Shown here: positions 12,577 to 24,409 of the stretch, in pieces
Numbering within the stretch: the first letter of the stretch is position 1
Layout: each line of letters opens with the position of its first letter
Assembly (NCBI GenBank): GCA_040437565.1
Contig: JBDOQK010000038.1
Span: 124,001 to 188,000 of the forward strand
Reading direction: 5' to 3'
From: Albugo candida
Lineage: Eukaryota
Length of the DNA: 64,000 nt
The notes under the pieces: model-generated
Told to the model about the DNA's origin: nothing
Seen by the model: the letters and a program-made list of their open reading frames with translations, nothing else
Databases searched by the model: none
Translations under genes and position numbers: made by a program

Positions 12577-15500
12577 AGGTTAATTGATCCCCCGACACTT
12601 TTTTTTTAAATTACGTTCATTTCTTATTTCGATTACGTCGTGCCTACTTAAATTATTACTCCCACACCTTTTTTGAAAAGTATATAAGTTTGCATTTCTA
12701 ACTAATTGAAGTCATTTACGTCGAAGATTAATTTTAGTCATATAGATACTTCAACTGTGCTGAACACTCACCATTTATAGACGATTAATTGCCAACTTGT
12801 TGAGCTATAATGCGTCGTAAAGATGCAAAGTTATCATGCACCAACGGCAAAAAAAAATTCTGTGAACGAAAATATATAATTTCTTACAAAGCTTGTCTTG
12901 AATTTGAGCTTCTAACCGGATTTCGGCAATACTGCTTGTTATGGCCGATTCTTCCACAATTGCCGCACCTTAATTTCCCTCTAATTTGATGCTCAAATAC
13001 TGAGAGATCTCATTTATGAGCTTCATTCTGAAAAGGCTGCTTTTATCCTGCTGGTCCTCTAGTTGCTTAAATATAGCACAGGGGGATTTGGTGCTATTGA
13101 TCCCTGGTTTGCTTTATGCATAAGTTGAGCCTTCATTTCCTTTTGTTCAATAGAGTTCAAGCCTTGATAAGTTGTCTCAAGTTGCTGCACAATTTTGGAA
13201 AATACTTCAATACCAGTCTCTGAATCTTCTTCAGCATTCTTTAAGACTGCTGGTTCGATTTCTGGATAAAGGTGCCATTGCTGTTGAATGTCGGATGGTA
13301 AGAGAGTTTGGTCATTATTGATTTTTTTGGAAAGCGAGTGCCAGCCGGGTAGACCATAAATTGCTCCGAAAGCTTGCGTGCAAGTTCCTTTCCTGTTTCT
13401 AACCAAGCCCTCCTTCATTTCATCGCTTTTTCTCAGAGCAAAGGAGAACACCTTACGCACCATCATATATCCTTTCATTCAGATCATGGTAAACTCTAGC
13501 TTCTGTTGCTGCAACTGCTGTCCGAAACTCCGTCTCTTGGTGATGTAGACAATTCGTTAACCTGGCTCTTACATCGAGTGGATCCATTGTTGATACCTTT
13601 ACCCATCCTTTGATTGTGAAATGTGCTCCTTCAGCTCGCGATGTGTTAATATTCCCGAAGTGAGGGTAAAATATGTCCACGCTGTTATAAATTTTTCTTT
13701 GTGCACAAGCCCTGTTTCTTCCAAATACAACCATAAATATATCTTTGTTCCATACTTTATTTTCATCTTTTCTCACGAGCTGGTAAGAGTTACAGGATTC
13801 CCGCGTGTTTGCGACTGTAAGAATGATTCTTGTAATCAGATACTGATAAAATCTGTGTTTTTCATGAAACTAATCATTTACCTGTGATCAAGCAATCATG
13901 AATTCATCATATTCTTTTGAAGTACCAAATTTGCTCTTACAAATTGCCAGCACATTTTTTCAACATGCCAACGACAAAGGAGATGCTTACTTGCTGGGAA
14001 TACCTCGTGGACAGCTCTTACTAGTGCAAGCTCGCGATCTGTGATTATTACCTTCGGATAGGATACCCCGTTATAGATACTTTTGATCTGAGTTGGTGCC
14101 CCTATGTAGTCATCCTGATGCTCCTTCGGCAGGAATGTAGAGGACAATGAGAATGTTGATTAGAGGCAAGTAAGCCCAATAGCACGGAGAAGGGGTATTT
14201 TATACTTTTTTGTCTTGTATGTGGAGTACAAGAGCAAACCAGAAGGAAAGCGTCGTGTCGATATGATATACTTTGGATTGGCAAAAAACATGTAGAAGTC
14301 AGATTGTGTCATTTCTACACTGGGTTGAAGAGATGAATTGGTCTTCCTTAAGTTCCTCAAGTAGTGCTGCGCTTTGTGTTCTGCCATTGAGGGACTGATT
14401 TCGCATCTTACCCTAGAAAGTGAAAGGATTAGAATAAAATCAAATTTTAGTATTCTGAAGTACACAAATTTCTGAGGCTGATCATGACTTTACCTTCTCA
14501 TTGTTAATTTCCCTCAGGGTAGCTTTATTCATGAATCGTCGAGTTCAGGGGCNNNNNNNNNNNNNNNNNNNNNNNNNNNNNNNNNNNNNNNNNNNNNNNN
14601 NNNNNNNNNNNNNNNNNNNNNNNNNNNNNNNNNNNNNNNNNNNNNNNNNNNNATCATATTCTTTTGAAGTACCAAATTTGCTCTTACAAATTGCCAGCAC
14701 ATTTTTTCAACATGCCAACGACAAAGGAGATGCTTACTTGCTGGGAATACCTCGTGGACAGCTCTTACTAGTGCAAGCTCGCGATCTGTGATTATTACCT
14801 TCGGATAGGATACCCCGTTATAGATACTTTTGATCTGAGTTGGTGCCCCTATGTAGTCATCCTGATGCTCCTTCGGCAGGAATGTAGAGGACAATGAGAA
14901 TGTTGATTAGAGGCAAGTAAGCCCAATAGCACGGAGAAGGGGTATTTTATACTTTTTTGTCTTGTATGTGGAGTACAAGAGCAAACCAGAAGGAAAGCGT
15001 CGTGTCGATATGATATACTTTGGATTGGCAAAAAACATGTAGAAGTCAGATTGTGTCATTTCTACACTGGGTTGAAGAGATGAATTGGTCTTCCTTAAGT
15101 TCCTCAAGTAGTGCTGCGCTTTGTGTTCTGCCATTGAGGGACTGATTTCGCATCTTACCCTAGAAAGTGAAAGGATTAGAATAAAATCAAATTTTAGTAT
15201 TCTGAAGTACACAAATTTCTGAGGCTGATCATGACTTTACCTTCTCATTGTTAATTTCCCTCAGGGTAGCTTTATTCATGAATCGTCGAGTTCAGGGGCT
15301 TTTCTCGCCCCTCTAGGTTTCTCTCCGGCTAGAAGGCACCTTTGTATTTTAGTTTTGCCTCAATAGTAAGCCTTCGTGCTATTGGATGCCTAGCAACATC
15401 TTTTGATTTTTCATGGTTATGTTCAGTATTCTTTACAAAAAATCTCCATTTTGAATCACTTACGTGTATTGTAGCGTAGAGCAAAAACGGGCAGTCCATT

Positions 15501-16108
15501 AATTTAGTGGAAGTTTGGCGCTGTCGGTTCTCCTGAGTAAGGTTTGATCTGTTTTTAGTTTTGTATCATTAAAGTTAAAATTTTGTGCCTCAACCACCCC
15601 TGTGTATAGTCAAATCTTACCGTTTATCGCATGTTTCTCCCAAGTCACACGTTATGTCGTATCGCAGATTTTTGTAGAGCTCTTTATTGCCAATGCATAG
15701 CCTTCTATCAATGCAAGCTCTTGTATGGCTTTGTAGAGCTCTTCAAATGTGTTGTAGGTTGGTGTACTGGTGGGGAACCATATTTCAATCTTGTAGGTAG
15801 CGTACAGAATAAAAATGTGTCAACTTTGTTGTAAGTAGTGGATGGAGAAATTTACTGTTGTAGAGAAAAAATTCACAGTAGTGGATAATATCAGTTGTTT
15901 TAACCGATCACAGTTGAACTACACTAAGTATTAGACAATCACAAATATCTCGATTGAAGTTATGGGAGCAATAATAAGTGTGTTTTTGGATGTAATTAGT
16001 TAGAAATGTAAGGTTTTATTTATTTAATGAAAAATAAAAAGTTGTGGGAGTATATCGAAACTAGGCATGATGTAATATTACAAAAAGTTGCAGGGATATC
16101 AACAACCT
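12577..16108 (-). mobile_element. Decayed MULE DNA transposon with degenerate TIRs
   Basis: IITDRELAL...HLLCRWHVEK, TSRAEGAH and the terminal knuckle CGNCGRIGHNKQYC (~12925-12970). Imperfect inverted repeats at ~12577-12710 and ~15990-16108. Contains an assembly gap. Confidence 0.85.
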
Positions 16109-17190
16109 TTATATTTCAGTTTGTTTAGTGCTGTTAAGTTGACGGTCGTAAGCAGCACATTCAATGAGCTCCTTCATTTCATGACACGACCATTTGTCGC
16201 TTAACGGAAAGCAAACCATATTTTATTGCTTCAAAAAGGGCACTATGAGAGTATCATAACTGTCTGATCAGTTGAGTTGACAAACGCGCAATGAAAACTA
16301 AACACCCATCAGGATAAAGATGATTGGTTGAAATGTCTAGCAATCTTCGATTACTAGCGAATAGCCACACAAAACGAATGGTCTATTCATAAAAACTAGT
16401 TTCTGCATTGGCTTAAGTATCAGCACATCGACTTGTACACTGCTTTCTCTATTGGTGGAAATACAACAACTATAATCTCGTCTTTTCACCAATGAGCTCC
16501 CTCCCCTACCTTGTCGATGGACAGGGAAACCATTTGCTTGCGATAGAATTTGGTATGCTCATAAGAAATAGGGAGTCAAAAACTGTTATTGCGTATTATC
16601 TTTGATGTTGTGGTGTGACACTGCTGAGGATGCCAACTGCAGTGAAATTGAAGGTAGACGACACGTTGTCGCCCGTTAGGTTTGTATCAGCAGTGTTGAC
16701 TTGCGCGTTATATGAGGTTTCTTCTACTCGTTTATCATTCCAAAGGCTCGAAAGTCATGCGACTGCGTCACATTCAAAGCTTCCAATCACCCTACATACC
16801 TTAGTATTTGTCTGCGTCTCGTACGAAGAAGAAGATGGCATTATAGCCTACTTCATTCATTCACTTATAGCTTCTATAGCCTTATATTGTTGCTTTCGGG
16901 CAATTCCTCGGCCTTTTCGTTTGGGGCCCGTATCAAGTAGAGGTATGCAAGCTCTCAAAGATTGATTGCAAGCTTTTCTCTTCCACTTATAAACGACCTT
17001 TCAGAGACTGGGAGTTCTTAATCTCGATCGTTGACGTTCACCACTTCAATATTCTATCTCACTTTAGCATGACATACATTCAACGTCGATGAGTTTATAC
17101 ATTAGCTCTTGCGACGAGGATAAACTCTACGACTGATACCAGCGCCTTAAACAGAAAAGGTGTGAGAGGAGAGATATGTTGAATGTCTTT
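16100..17190 (-). pseudogene. Pseudogene, copy 1 of an unknown family (CxxC N-terminus, CHxC/CCG-effector-like)
   Basis: The minus frame with stops reads ...NISLLSHLFCL...VECMSC*SEIEY...KACNQSLRACIP...; the 3' part reads ELIECAAYD. DNA similarity to 17340-18290, 20060-21209 and 63555-63783. Confidence 0.6.
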
Positions 17191-17339
17191 CTTATTTGTG
17201 GCGAAGGAGCGGGCTGATACCTCTGAGTAAAATTCATGTATCATGTACCAGTAAGATTATATTCGAGCGATGAAAGCGCAATGAAGCAGGCGAAGACTTT
17301 ATTGCTGTAATATTGTAAGCATATGATACGTAAACATGT

Positions 17340-18290
17340 AATGATAATTCATAACGATGTTTGTACTTAATGCTATTAAATTTACACTCGTAAGCCGCAT
17401 ATTCAATGGGCTCCTTCTGGACACGAGAATTGGTCAATGAATAAAAAAAAAGGAAATCCTTTTATTGGCTAAAATAGGTGCTATACGACACTTTCGTATC
17501 TGTCTGATCAGATGTGTGAAAAATCAATTCAAGGTCGATCAAATGTGTAATATTTACTAAACACCCATCAGGATAAAGATTATTGGTTGAAATGTCCGAA
17601 TAGTCACAAGAAACGGGTGGCCCACTCAGTAGAAAATGAAATTTCCTTTGTCCAACGTATCCGTTTCCTCAAAGTTGTACAGTGCTTTCGTCATTGGTTC
17701 AACTTGTCACTCGGTTTTTCACCAATAAGCACTCTCCATTACCAAGAGAACCACACTCCTTGAGATTGAATATGCTTACAAGAAAGAAGTCAGAAGGTGT
17801 GATAACATATTGCCTTTGCAATCACAGTCTGACACTTTTGAGAATGCCAATGCAAATACATGGAAACCTTTCGCTTGTTACTATTTGTATCCGCTGTGTG
17901 CTTAAGCGTATCGTACGGAGCTTTGTGGAGTGGTCGCTACTGTCTGTGAATCATTTCGTACAAAAAAGAGCTTAAAAACGTGTCACTGCGTCCCACATTG
18001 AACTTCCATCAGCCCGCATACGCTAGTTTATCTCTGGGTTTACCGCGTTAAAATGAAATCAAAGTTTAAAAGTATTGGTCGTTGATTACCGGTCATGATG
18101 CTGTTTCAGATTTGGATAATAGAGTCTATCATGAGACGAGGCATGCAAGCTCTCTCTTTTGGTAATTAACAGTTTCTTCTTCTCCATCATTAGTTGTTTA
18201 TCTAATAGCATACATAAACACCATTTTTTTAGCGTTGTGCGACATGAGAGAGACAAGAAGCAAGCAACAGCATGTCTAAGGATCGCAAAG
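17340..18290 (-). pseudogene. Pseudogene, copy 2 of the same family
   Basis: Shares actaaacacccatcaggataaagat(g/t)attggttgaaatgtc, tgcgtc(a/c)ca and gcaagctctc with copy 1. ORF 17234-17437 reads TNSRVQKEPIEYAAYECKFNSIKYK. Confidence 0.6.
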
Positions 18291-18803
18291 TTTAGCTTCT
18301 CTCGACAATGAAAGCCTTCATTCAGAGTCTCCTACAATGACAATACCGGTTTCAATCAAGGTTGATGGCTTGGGCGTTTTAGAACGACCCATTTCGTATA
18401 GATTTACAAACCAGTCTGAAGCTGGCAAACTTTGATTTGTATCATATCCACTCCTTTCAAGTACGCTGACTACGTGTGGACGCGAATGGGTAGGGAGCTT
18501 TTTGAAGTATTGTGCTCGACAAAAGTGGATATCTGTGTGAACAGCCACCAAAAAGAATCAGCTGGTTTTCGTACTCTGATTCAGTGTACTGAATATGCGG
18601 TGAACGTGAGAAATTGCCATCAAACAGTTGATTTCGGTAGAATGGAAAGGCTTCTTCAGGTAAAAATCCAATGTCAAGGAAGGTTTGATAGGAAATAGTG
18701 GTTACGCGGAGACTCGATCAGAGAGAAACAACAAAAGGGAAAGTACTGATCTGCCAATCGATTCAATTACAGAATTACCACGCATCACTCAGTTCATGCA
18801 ACA

Positions 18804-19445
18804 CTAATGAGCTATCCCGGAGACGCTGCCTTTGACTTGAATGGCTTTATCGGCATTTTTCAAGCAGGAACAAACTTTTGTTTTTTCATTGTAGCTGAAA
18901 AGCGTAGATTCCTCGGTCAAGCTTCCAACTCCACCCGACTTGCAAGACTGACAATCGTGAGCACTTTCAGAAGTTTTGCTAGTGATCTCCCCGGATTTGG
19001 ACGAAGAAAATTCAATGTCGAGAAGGAATTCATCGTATGTGCATTGATATGCTGAAATGCCTCCAAGTTGTGACGAGGTTGTGCATTGGTTTTTATTGCA
19101 ACATCCATCGTTGTAGCAACAGTCCGGGCCGGTGCAAGATTTCGTCGGACAGGCGGAGTCATCAAAGTTGGAAACGACGTAACCAGGACCGGGTTGAGTG
19201 GTCTTTAGTTGCTCTTTCGTAGCCTTTGAGAATGAACATGTTAAGTCTTGTTGTTGGAGGTAATAATTTGCACCGGACAAGCCGTACTCAATAATGTTAT
19301 CACAAATATGATACGAGTCCACTTTTAGAGTAAACAAAATTTCAAGCATAGAAACCTGACGTCCATTGAACCGTGTCAATAGAGCCGATGCATCATGCGT
19401 CAGCGCAAGGAGAACGACCGAAAGTTGGGCGGATAGACTGATCAT
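18804..19445 (-). CDS. Secreted Cys-rich protein (213 aa): signal peptide, degenerate PAN-like module, Cys cluster, PAN/apple domain
   Basis: ATG at 19445 gives MISLSAQLSVVLLALTHDASA (signal peptide). It contains CPTKSCTGPDCCYNDGCCNKNQC and SAHDCQSC...LFSYNEKTKVCSCLK...GSVSG. An INR-FPR motif lies ~25 nt upstream. Confidence 0.85.
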   Translation of the reverse strand: MISLSAQLSVVLLALTHDASALLTRFNGRQVSMLEILFTLKVDSYHICDNIIEYGLSGANYYLQQQDLTCSFSKATKEQLKTTQPGPGYVVSNFDDSACPTKSCTGPDCCYNDGCCNKNQCTTSSQLGGISAYQCTYDEFLLDIEFSSSKSGEITSKTSESAHDCQSCKSGGVGSLTEESTLFSYNEKTKVCSCLKNADKAIQVKGSVSGIAH

Positions 19446-19467
19446 TGTGATGGTTGTTGCTTTTGTA

Positions 19468-19485
19468 GGAAAATTGGATAATGAG
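19468..19485 (-). promoter_or_regulatory. Oomycete INR+FPR core promoter
   Basis: Minus-strand ctcattatccaattttcc closely matches the TCATTYYNCAWTTT consensus and lies just upstream of the ATG at 19445. Confidence 0.65.
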
Positions 19486-20059
19486 AGAATACGTTGTGAG
19501 AAAAGTGAGAAATGGGTGATCAAAGAGACGGTTTACATCGATAAAATTTATGGTATAGAGCACTGAATTTGTGGCTTACAACCTAATTACGAATCGTCGC
19601 GTAATTACGAAATATGAAGCCATTTTGCCCCACTTTTACTGTTGCATACTTTAATCAAGTGGAAATGATGAAATGCTTTACTCAGATTAGNNNNNNNNNN
19701 NNNNNNNNNNNNNNNNNNNNNNNNNNNNNNNNNNNNNNNNNNNNNNNNNNNNNNNNNNNNNNNNNNNNNNNNNNNNNNNNNNNNNNNNNNGGAAGCCACA
19801 TTCCTCAACTGATATCCATGTATCCATTCGTAGAACGATGAAGAAGAAAGTGTTGAAAGCATAAGAGATGTTGTACAGGTTGTCAAAGGAGGAGAAGGCT
19901 TCCCTTACGTTATATCGTCAGCGGATCGTAAGTATCATATAATTATAATCTAACGTTAAGTACGATCCTACCTATCTGCTTCAGTAGAGATGCGGGTCAA
20001 AGAATACTGACGAACGCGAAAGAACAAAAGTACGGACTGAATACTTGAGCAAGTGCACT

Positions 20060-21209
20060 GATGTTTCCTTTATACTTAATGCTACAAATTTTGTTTATAT
20101 GGAACACTTTAGATGATGTAATGGACTCGTTTATTAGTCAAATGACGGGACAAAAGCTTGTTTATTGTTCTTAAATCAGATACACACTCATAGAACTAAC
20201 ATAACCGATGCAAAGGGAGCTTCTCTCACACACTTATTAGGCTCTTATTAAGTGTACTAAAATAATACTATTTAGGAAGAGGATTGGTTAGAAATGTCCT
20301 TGTTATAACGAATCGCAGTACGAAATGCGTGGCCCACTCTATAGAAATAGACTTTTTTATTGGCCAAAACATCACTTCCAAGTATCCAGGCATCATGATT
20401 TCCTTTATAACTCGTGGCTTGTACACTGCTTTCGCTATTACTGAAACTACCATTTTTCATGCAAATTTAAACTCATCTTCTCAAAACAAATACACTTTCC
20501 AGCACCCGATAATGACCAGGAGAACCACACTCTTGAGATATAAATTGATACGCTCATAGGAGATAGGAAGTCGAAAAATGTGAAAACATATTACTTTTAA
20601 ATTACAGTCTGACAGGTTGAGGAAATCAATTTGCAGTACAAATGCAAAAAAAGTGGAAATATCTCTCCTGTTACTATTTTTCTCAGGAGTTTGCTTTACC
20701 TTATCATTGCGAGGTTTGTTAGAGTTGTCGCGATTGTCTGTAAATCATTTTGTATAAAAGAGGCTTAAAAATTAGTCACTGCGTCCCAAACTGAACTTCG
20801 AAAAAATCGGCTTGCATACATTAGTTTTGGTCGGGTTTTAGTTGAGTTGGAAGATGGAATCTATCATAAGGACGTGCAACGTTAGTCACTATCTTGTTCA
20901 CTTATAAATCCGTTAGCTATATGTCATTACTTTCTGATGAGCATTAGGATTCCTCGGTCGGCGCCACAAGGTGTTACATCAAGTCGTGGTGTACAAGCTC
21001 TCCATCATCAAATGTTGAGCAAGATTTTCGCAAGCTATTCCTCTTACTGTCGAGCGCCTTACATGCAGATACACAATTTGCTACTTCTGGATCATTAGTT
21101 TTTCATAAATTTATTATCGATTATTACGATTCAATAGCATACAAAAAGATCGTTAACTCCATTCTTTACCGTTGTGTGACATGAGGGATCACCAGAAGTA
21201 GGCAACAGC
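20060..21209 (-). pseudogene. Pseudogene, copy 3 of the same family, cut at its 5' end by a copia LTR
   Basis: Collinear similarity to copy 2 (gattggttagaaatgtcc, gagaaccacactcttgagat, gtcactgcgtccca, cgttgtgtgacatgag...gcaacagc). RACTPRLD corresponds to RACIPLLD in copy 1. Confidence 0.6.
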
Positions 21210-24200
21210 TGTTGAAGACACCGCACGGAATGGGAAGTCACTCTACTGAAGAAAGTCAAAAATAGAAGTAAGTATATTTTTCATGACTGTTAGTTTCTTT
21301 TTCTACGGCATTTCTCAATTACGAAACCACCGCGTCGAGCCAGTCTACAACGAAAGGTATACGAAACGCTATATAGATCCTTGGAGCTTTTACCAAAACG
21401 TTCGTCGGATGGCAATGTGGAGTCGTTACTTTCCAACACTCCTTCCTACGGCGCCGTGTGTTTTTTATCTAAATTCATGTCCTGATCCTTGCTATTTTTG
21501 CGTATCAGCGAACATAGTCCCATCAATTGTTGTAGTCGAACAGTGCTAAATGACTTCGTCAGCAAATCAGCTGCAATATCTTCGGTTTGCACAAAATAGG
21601 GCTTTACGATGCCTCGTTTGGTACAATCTCTGATGAACTCAAGCTTATTATCGATGTGTTTCGCTCGCGTCAAACTTTCTTCGTTTTCCATCTGGCGGAT
21701 AGCTGCTTGATAGTCTATCTCCATCTGAATAGTTAATTCCACGTTTATCACCAGCTCAACAGTTAGCATGCGCAATTCGAGGAGATCTTGTGCTTCCATG
21801 CAGCGAGTCCAGCCCACTATCATGTCAACCACACGAAAACTTCCTCCGCTTACCGACTTGCGGCTAATTCTATCACCTGCAAACTCCGCATCGCTTCCGC
21901 TTGAAAGTTGCACAGTACTATTTAGCTCAAGCTTTTCATGTCAAAGCTGAAACTTGACGTTTTTAGTTCTTTTCACATGCCTGGGGATTCTTTTGCTCAA
22001 TTGCCATTCGCTCACCGTAGGAGCATAGGCTCGACGCGTAGCTCGGTGCACCGCATAAGCAATGCCCGGTCGTGTGCATCGAGCAAACCACAACAGTGAT
22101 CCCACAATCGATTCAAATTGTTTCAGTGATGCTCATCCGACTGGTCCACTTGCGGGTAGAATGGGTTCAGCTTCCCGCATGTCGGTATCATGCTTGATCC
22201 CTACGGGTGTCATCACGTGGTGCGCATCTTGTTGGCTAAACCTTAATAGTAGCTCATCTATCATTTTGTTCTTGGTCAATTCTGTAACCAGACTCCGAAT
22301 AATGAGTACGTCGCATCCCTAGTAGCTTCCTAACGATGCTCAGGTCCTTTACCTGCAGCGTTACTGATGGTTAGAACACATCATCCACTCGGATCTTTGA
22401 TCTCCCGGTCACCAGTATATCATTAGCATATACTCCGACGACAGTCCTTACATCGAGATCTTCTTTGTAGTAGAGGCACGAGTCTGTGACACATTCTATG
22501 AATCCGACACGACGTAGTTCTGAATGTAGGAGTCGCGATTAGGCACGTTCCCATGACGCGCCAGTACACCCCGTGTCTCAGATAGTGCAAGGATAAACTT
22601 CCCAGTCGTCATGTCCATTACTGCGGCGAACTTTAGTGTATACCACCATGGGTGCTTTGTAGCGCTCGATGTTTCCGTCAGCATTTGTTTTTGTCTTGAG
22701 AACCCACTTTTTGTTGAGAGGACGCATTTCATCAGTGCTGAACACAATTTCACACGTGTCATTGGCCTCGGGAGAATCGATCTTTGATTCAGCAGCGCGC
22801 TCCCAATCCACGCAAGTGTCGCTCTCCATAGCCTTGTAATCGTGTCTAAATCGTCATTGTTGGCCAGGTTCCTACGCTTCTTGACCTTCCCTGATCCCAC
22901 TCTTGGCCCCTACCGATGTCCAACATCACCACTTGACTCGGGTAGTGTGTCACTAGACGTACACGTTTTAGCTGTTGAATCATCGGTAATGTCGATGGGA
23001 GCAGCGGGCTTCTTTTTCCTAGCATCCACCTCATCATATTCGTCAATCAGACACACAATTTTAGCATTCGCTTCCACGCTAAGATTTTAGGTAATCTTAC
23101 ATGCTGCGGTGTACGAACTACATGGTCCTTTGTGAAGAGGACGATATAACCTTTAGTTTCGTCGCTCTAACCAATTTTGTATCCTGCCTCCTCACGCCGG
23201 TCAAGATTCTAATGTTCTGGTGTCCGAATCGCGGTGCATGGTGATACAAAAATAACGGTATCGTCAGCGTTGGTCTGACTCCAGTCAGTACTTGAAGCGG
23301 CGAAGCACGACCCGCATTTATTCGCGGCGGTCTGGGGTTAATTATATACAGGACGCATATTCTGTAGCGTCTTCCCAAAAGCTCAAAGGCAGCCTTGACA
23401 CAAATATCATGAAGCGCACCATGTTCATCACAGTTTGGTGCATACGCTCCGCCTTTTCGTTTTGAAGCTTGGTGACCCGTTTCCGATACCTGACGTTCCA
23501 CACCGGTTTTCTTGAAAATTGAAATGACGATCTTATACTCACCTCAACCATCAGTACGAAGGCAGTGAACCTTGTAGTTAAAGTGCTTCTCGAAGTAAGC
23601 AAAAAAGGTTCCTACGCCTCGTTCGCCTTATCCTTCGCTTTTTCCAGATACGCGTGGCAGTAGTTGCTCTTGTGATCAACGAATTGATCAAGTGCTTGTT
23701 TTCACATCTGTCGATGGGCACTATGGGGCCTTTAATTCCGCAACAGATAACGCCAACCACCATGTCGATAGTAGCACTTATTCGTGTGTCTTGAATATGT
23801 TGATGGTTGCGGGACTGCTTTCCCTGCGCACACGTAAAGCGCGCCGGCCTTTTCTTATCCGTGAGAAGTATCTCACTGGACGGGTCATCCGCTATCCTCT
23901 CGATGGTGTCGTACGCCAGGTGACCAAATAGCAAGTGGAAGTCCAGTAGACTCCCTTGTCGAGCATCTGAGATCGGTAAACCGGAGGCTACACCAAAGCT
24001 GCAGCTATGCACTTCTTGATATTCATGGCATCAATTACAACGACATTGTCGGTGACAACGCTTACCATCAGTACGTCATTCGTATCCTTATCAACATCGA
24101 AAATCTTGAATCCGTCGCTTCGTCGAACCACTACACGTGTAGTGCCATCATAACCAAGGTCATACCCTATTTCTCCTATTTTTTCATAAGCGGGAATATT

Positions 24201-24409
24201 TCATGGAAGATCCGCCGATGAATAGACATCGCGTAGCTTAATGCGACGAAGCTCTCTATCGACGCGTACCACAAAATCGGCATTTTCCTTGAGATGCTTT
24301 TCAGGCTTCTGGCATTTGGACGTAGGCACTCTTCATCACACTCCACTGTATCATAGAGAAGTGATGTTGTCGTCACCAGGTGACGACTCGAACCTATTGC
24401 AAGAGAAAC
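21210..24409 (-). mobile_element. Ty1/copia relic: 3' LTR (21210-21438), PPT, RNase H, RT, integrase, protease
   Basis: On the minus strand, PPT aggaaggag precedes TGTTGGAA...TTCAACA. Motifs: AKHID, ADLLTK, KWVLKTKTNADGNIERYKA, KAERMHQT, HLLFGHL...CAQGKQ, GSSRHL. Confidence 0.9.

Noticed and set aside
13905-15299. ~650-bp direct duplication inside the MULE
   Set aside because: Identical copies on either side of a 100-N gap indicate an unmerged contig overlap.
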